A stretch of 64,000 bases of DNA from an uncultured delta proteobacterium (GTDB taxonomy: Bacteria > Myxococcota_A > Polyangia > Polyangiales > Polyangiaceae): contig CAVQUB010000011.1 of NCBI GenBank assembly GCA_963716725.1, positions 448,001-512,000 of the forward strand, given 5' to 3'. Below the pieces are notes generated by a model. That model did not search any database. It worked only from the letters and a program-made list of their open reading frames with translations, and was not told the DNA's origin. A program made the translations under genes and the position numbers. Below, piece by piece: positions 59,567 to 64,000 of this stretch (the stretch's first letter is position 1; each line of letters begins with the position of its first letter).

Positions 59567-60175
59567 GTGCACAAAGCAGCTTGGCTCGCGCTCGGGTTCG
59601 GCGTGCTGGCGAGCGCGGCGTGCAAGAACGGGAGCGATCCCGAACCGAAACCCAAGCCAGACGTGGTGGTCGTGCTCGACGTCTTGCCCGGCGACTTCGT
59701 GGCCGAGAAGCAGCCCATGAAGATGTTGGTCGACGGCGACAGCGTGAAGCTCGTGGCCGCGCCCCAAGGAGGCCACGTGATCCACGTCGGGGCGCGCGTG
59801 CGTGGGCTCGCCTCGGACACGGTGAACATCCGCTCGCGCCTGCGCAACCCGAAGTCCGACGCCATCCAGATCGAGGAAGCGCGCGACGTCGTGATGCGGC
59901 CTGTCGACGGCCAGCCAGAGTGGATGGAGCCGGATCTTCGAAGCGTGAGCCAGGTGACCCACATCCCTGCTTGTCCCAACTACGACGCCGTGGTGTTGCT
60001 CGACGCGCCCTGGATCCTCGAGGTGATCATCGACGAGATCGACGGGCCGGGACTCGGCAGCGCCCGCATCGAAGTCAAACCTGCCTGCGAGCAGTCCGAC
60101 GCTAGCGCGGAGGCGAGGTGCCAGTGCGAGTGCGAGCCAGACTACGTGCTCGGAAAGTGCGCTGCTACTCCCTGA
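59567..60175 (+). CDS. Hypothetical lipoprotein
   Basis: Lipobox SAAC; APQGGHVI motif; terminal CxCxC. Confidence 0.7.
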   Translation: MHKAAWLALGFGVLASAACKNGSDPEPKPKPDVVVVLDVLPGDFVAEKQPMKMLVDGDSVKLVAAPQGGHVIHVGARVRGLASDTVNIRSRLRNPKSDAIQIEEARDVVMRPVDGQPEWMEPDLRSVSQVTHIPACPNYDAVVLLDAPWILEVIIDEIDGPGLGSARIEVKPACEQSDASAEARCQCECEPDYVLGKCAATP

Positions 60176-60208
60176 GGGATCGCACCCCCGCCGAATCTGG
60201 TTCGACGG

Positions 60209-60256
60209 CGCACCTGCGCCCGCAAGGATCATCGGCAACGCACATGCGCCCACAAG
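60209..60256 (+). promoter_or_regulatory. Imperfect 18-bp direct repeat upstream of the transglutaminase gene
   Basis: cgcacctgcgcccgcaag (60209) and cgcacatgcgcccacaag (60239): 16/18 identical, 30-bp period. Confidence 0.4.
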
Positions 60257-60308
60257 AATGCAAACTCCAGCGTTGAGCGTCGTTGCTCCAGCAAGTAAAG
60301 TGACGGAC

Positions 60309-62168
60309 ATGCGAGTACGTCACTTCTCTTGGGTGGTCATGGCTTTGTTCGTCGGCGCTTGCTCCAGTGACGGGGGCGGCGACGACAGCCCGGCACCGGG
60401 CGATCAGCTCGAGCCGGAAGACGTCGGCATGGAGGGCGAAGGCAAGTTCGACGCGTGGGACGCCGCGAACAACCCGGCCAACGTCGATCCGAACTTCGCG
60501 TACCACGTGCATCAGCTGCCGCTCGACGGTCACGGCCAGGTGCCGGTGCCCGGTGACTATTGGGCGACGCAGAAGGACAACCTCAACCACGAGTGGGACG
60601 GCCCGGGGTCCTCGCCCGCGGAGAAGTACGCCAAGGCCTTCGGCAAGGACGCCGTGCCGGCCAACATCACCAAGCTGCACGGCATCGAGTCGGCGTCGTA
60701 TCAAAAAGAGTGCACGTCGGGCGGCAACGAGTGCGCTGGCTCCGACGACGGCGGCTCCTGCTCGATCCCGAAGGGCGCCACCAAGGGTCGTTGCATCCCC
60801 GGCTGGTGGGGCATCTGTCACGGCTGGGCCCCCTACGCGCTGGTCGAGCCGGCGGCGAAGAACGCGGTCGTCAAGAACGGCGTCACCTTCTATCCAGGTG
60901 ACCTCGAGGGCCTGATGTCGCTGATGTACACCAACGTCGACACCAAGTTCGTGTCGCGCCGGTGCAACAAGAAAGATCCGGTTACTGACGGGACCGGTCG
61001 CATCACCGCGACCGAGTGCCGCGACATGAACCCGGGTTCGTGGCACGTGCTCACCACCAACATGATGGGCTTGCGCCGCCAGGGCTTCGTGATCGACGCG
61101 ACCTACGACGCGCAGGTCTGGAACCAGCCCTCGTACGGCTACAAGGTGACCAACCCCGAGGACGGCAAGCTCAAGGAGATCACCAAAGACGAGGCCATCT
61201 CCATGCTGGGCGCCAACCTGACGATGACGGCTCTGTTCCCGACCTCGAAGGTCAAGAAGGACGAGACCAAGACCGGCGAGTACACGGCGACCACGGCCGG
61301 CGACTACATCATCAAGCTCACGGGCAGCGGCGACGCGGATCTCCACGTCAAGAAGGGCACCGCGGCGAGCGAGTCGGACTACGACTGCCGGCCTTACGGC
61401 GGCAACTCCAACGAGGAGTGCACCATCACGCTGGCGGCTGGCGAGAAGGCCTTCTACCTCGTCAAGGGCTACGGCGCGGAGAGCGACGTACAGCTCGGCG
61501 TGGCCGTTCCCGGCACCAGCGGCGACTACACCTACAACACGCTCGCCAAGCGCTTCTACTACGTCGAGATGGACTTCACCTACATCGTCGAGTCGAAGCC
61601 CGCGCAGCAGTCGCACGTCGATCAGGCGCTCACCAGCTACGCCACCACCAAGCACTACAAGTACATCCTGGAGGCAGACGACGGCGGCAAGATCATCGGC
61701 GGCGAGTGGGTCGCTGAGAGCCGCACCAACCACCCCGACTTCGCGTGGTGGTCCACGGGCAAGCCGAAGAGCGCGCAGGCCGGCGGCCTCATCACCTACG
61801 CCGAGGTCAAGGCACTAAACGACGAGTCAGCGGCAACTCCGCCGGTGGACGAGGAAGCGACCCTCATGGACGGCGTCGTCGTCAAGCAGTCCGGAACGAG
61901 CTGGGCGTCCAAGTACGGCTCGATAGTCGTTGAGCAGGGCTTCAAGAAGCTCGAGGTCACCATGACCGGCACCGGCGCCGCAGAACTCTACGTCCGCGCC
62001 GGCCGCAACCCGACCGTCTATTCGAACGACTGCAAGTCGACGACGGCCGACACGGCGAGCCAGACCTGCACCGTCAACGTCTCGTTCAATGGCAACACCT
62101 ACTTCGTGCGCGCACGAAGCAAGACGCCGGGCACGACGGTTACCATCAAGGCCAAGAAGCTCAACTGA
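60309..62168 (+). CDS. Oomycete-type (GP42/TGase_elicitor) transglutaminase-like lipoprotein with two PPC domains
   Basis: Lipobox VGAC; SPAEKY, WWGICHGWAP, TFYPGDL, RDMNPG, VWNQP, YILE...GGEW...HPDF; PPC motif GDADLHV...YDCRPY..NEEC. Confidence 0.85.
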   Translation: MRVRHFSWVVMALFVGACSSDGGGDDSPAPGDQLEPEDVGMEGEGKFDAWDAANNPANVDPNFAYHVHQLPLDGHGQVPVPGDYWATQKDNLNHEWDGPGSSPAEKYAKAFGKDAVPANITKLHGIESASYQKECTSGGNECAGSDDGGSCSIPKGATKGRCIPGWWGICHGWAPYALVEPAAKNAVVKNGVTFYPGDLEGLMSLMYTNVDTKFVSRRCNKKDPVTDGTGRITATECRDMNPGSWHVLTTNMMGLRRQGFVIDATYDAQVWNQPSYGYKVTNPEDGKLKEITKDEAISMLGANLTMTALFPTSKVKKDETKTGEYTATTAGDYIIKLTGSGDADLHVKKGTAASESDYDCRPYGGNSNEECTITLAAGEKAFYLVKGYGAESDVQLGVAVPGTSGDYTYNTLAKRFYYVEMDFTYIVESKPAQQSHVDQALTSYATTKHYKYILEADDGGKIIGGEWVAESRTNHPDFAWWSTGKPKSAQAGGLITYAEVKALNDESAATPPVDEEATLMDGVVVKQSGTSWASKYGSIVVEQGFKKLEVTMTGTGAAELYVRAGRNPTVYSNDCKSTTADTASQTCTVNVSFNGNTYFVRARSKTPGTTVTIKAKKLN

Positions 62169-62192
62169 GCTCGGACCTCGCCGACAAACGCG

Positions 62193-62231
62193 CACGCGCC
62201 GGACTGGTTTCCGGCGCGTGTGTCGTTTTGT
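62193..62231 (+). terminator. Probable intrinsic terminator
   Basis: 11-bp stem cacgcgccgga/tccggcgcgtg, 6-nt loop, followed by tgtcgttttgt, 24 bp after the stop codon. Confidence 0.6.
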
Positions 62232-62362
62232 AGCTCCCCCAACCACGGCCCACGGCGCCACCCTCCGGGCGATTGAGCTTGGCCGCGGCGACAGGTGCGG
62301 ATGATGACACGGTCTTTCGCCGCGGATTGACGCCGCCGAAGTTTTCGCAGAAAGGTCTGATC

Positions 62363-63400
62363 ATGCGCTCCAATCACTTCTTGTCGGTCTTGGGTTTCGC
62401 GTTCGTGGTCGCTGGCATGTCAGCGGCTTGTGGCTCGGATGGCAGCTCATCGTCCCCCGGTGGTGGTGGCAGCGGGAACTTCGGCGGAACGGGCGCGACC
62501 GGCGGCGGTGGCGCGACCGGTGGAAGTGGCGGAGCGACCGGCGGCGCCGCTGGCTCGAGCGGTGCGGGTGGCACGGCGACGGGCGGGGCGGCCGGGAGCG
62601 GCGGTGGTACCAGCGACGCGGGAACCGACGGCGGCGGCACGCCGGGAGATCACTTGCTGATCAGCGAAGTGGGCATCGAGCCGGGCGGCGCCGAGTTCAT
62701 CGAGATCTACAACCCCACCAGCGCCGAGGTCGATCTCGCCAACTATTACCTGGCGGACAACTCCGCGTACCACAAGGTGACGAGCGGACCGTGGAACCCC
62801 CAGGGCACTGCGGGCACCGACTTCTTGGTGCGCTTCCCCGGCGGAGCCAAGCTCGCGGCGGGCGCAGTGCTGGTCGTGGCCCCGGAAAACGCGGCGGGCA
62901 ACGCGAGCTTCGAGGCGACGTTTGGCAAGTGCCCGACGTACACGATGAACAAGAACGCGACGCCGCTCACCTGCGCGAGCAAGAGCGTGCTGGCGATGAC
63001 CATTCCGCCCAATGGCAGCGTCGGTGATCAGGCGGCGGCGCTCCTCAGCAATGAGCGCGAGATGGTCGTCTTGTTCCGCTGGGACGGCAGCGCCTCCAAA
63101 GTGGAAGACGTCGACTACGTGACCTGGGGCGCGACCTACGACGCCAACACTCGCATCGACAAGACCGCGGTCGCTGGCTACCAGCCCGACACCAAGGCCG
63201 CCAATCAGAAGCCTGCCGTCCACGGTGTCGCCGGCGACGGCGGCGCGACGCTGGCCATCCAGCGCTGCGCCATCGAGGCCAGTGAGAAGCTCTCTGGCGG
63301 CAACGGGCTGACCGGCCACGACGAGACCAGCGAAGATCTCGGCGCCAGCTTCAAGTCTCAGTCCTCACCCAGCCCGGGCACGAAGAACAGCTGCCTGTAG
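62363..63400 (+). CDS. Lamin-tail domain lipoprotein
   Basis: Lipobox SAAC, Gly linker, LLISEV...EFIEIYNPT..VDLANYYLAD, terminal PSPGTKN. Confidence 0.85.
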   Translation: MRSNHFLSVLGFAFVVAGMSAACGSDGSSSSPGGGGSGNFGGTGATGGGGATGGSGGATGGAAGSSGAGGTATGGAAGSGGGTSDAGTDGGGTPGDHLLISEVGIEPGGAEFIEIYNPTSAEVDLANYYLADNSAYHKVTSGPWNPQGTAGTDFLVRFPGGAKLAAGAVLVVAPENAAGNASFEATFGKCPTYTMNKNATPLTCASKSVLAMTIPPNGSVGDQAAALLSNEREMVVLFRWDGSASKVEDVDYVTWGATYDANTRIDKTAVAGYQPDTKAANQKPAVHGVAGDGGATLAIQRCAIEASEKLSGGNGLTGHDETSEDLGASFKSQSSPSPGTKNSCL

Positions 63401-63406
63401 AGGTCG

Positions 63407-64000
63407 CTACGAGGCCGGCCGCGCGGGTCGCACGACCAGCCCGACTGCGGCGAGCACGAGCGCCAATCCGACGAGGGTCGATGCGCGCAGGGTTTCGCCG
63501 CCAACCGCCCAGCCCAAGGTCAGGGCGATGACCGGCGTGATGTAGGCGATGAGCGCGAGCTTGTGCGCCGCCGCGTAGCGCAGGAGCCAAAAATATACGC
63601 CGAAAGTGAACGCCGTTCCGGCGAGGGCGAGGTACGCGATGCTCGCGATCGCGGCCGGAGTCCAGTGTGTCGGCGCGTCCCGCTCCGTCGAGAGCGCGAC
63701 CGCCGCCAAGACTGCCGCGCCGATCCACATCGCATCGCGGTTCATCAGCACCGAGCTCGCACCTTGGCCAAAGCGCTTGACCACGGTCGTGCCCGCCACC
63801 GAGACAATCGGACTCACGAAGAGGACCAGAGCGGCCGGGGTGGCTCCCGCTCCCAGGGCGGCCACGTCGTTCTGAAAGAGCACCAACAGCCCCGAGAAGC
63901 CCAGCCCGAACCCGAGCCAACTGCGTCGGCCCAAACGTTCGTTCTGCAAGAACAAGTGCGCGCTCACGGCCATCAAGATCGGAAACACACCCCAGAGCAC
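63407..64000 (-). CDS. EamA/DMT family transporter, 5'-partial
   Basis: Multiple TM helices; SIAYLALAGT...YFWLL...YITPVIALTLGW..GE. Confidence 0.9.
   Translation of the reverse strand: MLWGVFPILMAVSAHLFLQNERLGRRSWLGFGLGFSGLLVLFQNDVAALGAGATPAALVLFVSPIVSVAGTTVVKRFGQGASSVLMNRDAMWIGAAVLAAVALSTERDAPTHWTPAAIASIAYLALAGTAFTFGVYFWLLRYAAAHKLALIAYITPVIALTLGWAVGGETLRASTLVGLALVLAAVGLVVRPARPAS

Overview
High-GC bacterial DNA, most likely Myxococcota (Polyangiales-like). This inference rests on many lipoproteins with Gly/Ser linkers, Myxococcus-type Cys-rich repeats, fibro-slime domains and a Hanks-type Ser/Thr kinase. About 54 genes are supported; I found no tRNA, rRNA, CRISPR array, integrase or transposase. 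Housekeeping content includes a three-subunit acyl-CoA carboxylase, RsgA, Kup, SthA, a Nudix hydrolase, a CYTH protein, an SPFH protein and an EamA transporter. The window is dominated by exported proteins. Best candidates for undescribed systems: (1) a translationally coupled pair of a dockerin-like M1 metallopeptidase and a cohesin-like lipoprotein (40878-43321), a possible cellulosome-style surface-anchored protease closing a ~10.5 kb adhesin/kinase gene run; (2) a DUF2271/DUF4266/DUF3570 locus joined to two c-type cytochrome lipoproteins instead of the usual ApbE/thioredoxin; (3) two lipoproteins of 11 tandem knottin-framework repeats each, one ending in a somatomedin-B-like domain; (4) an oomycete-type transglutaminase lipoprotein with a Pep-13-like motif; (5) an exported tandem Tudor-knot protein and a CASTOR/POLLUX-like channel divergent from Kup. 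Three genes are frameshifted, probably by sequencing error. All family calls come from motif recognition by eye, not database searches.
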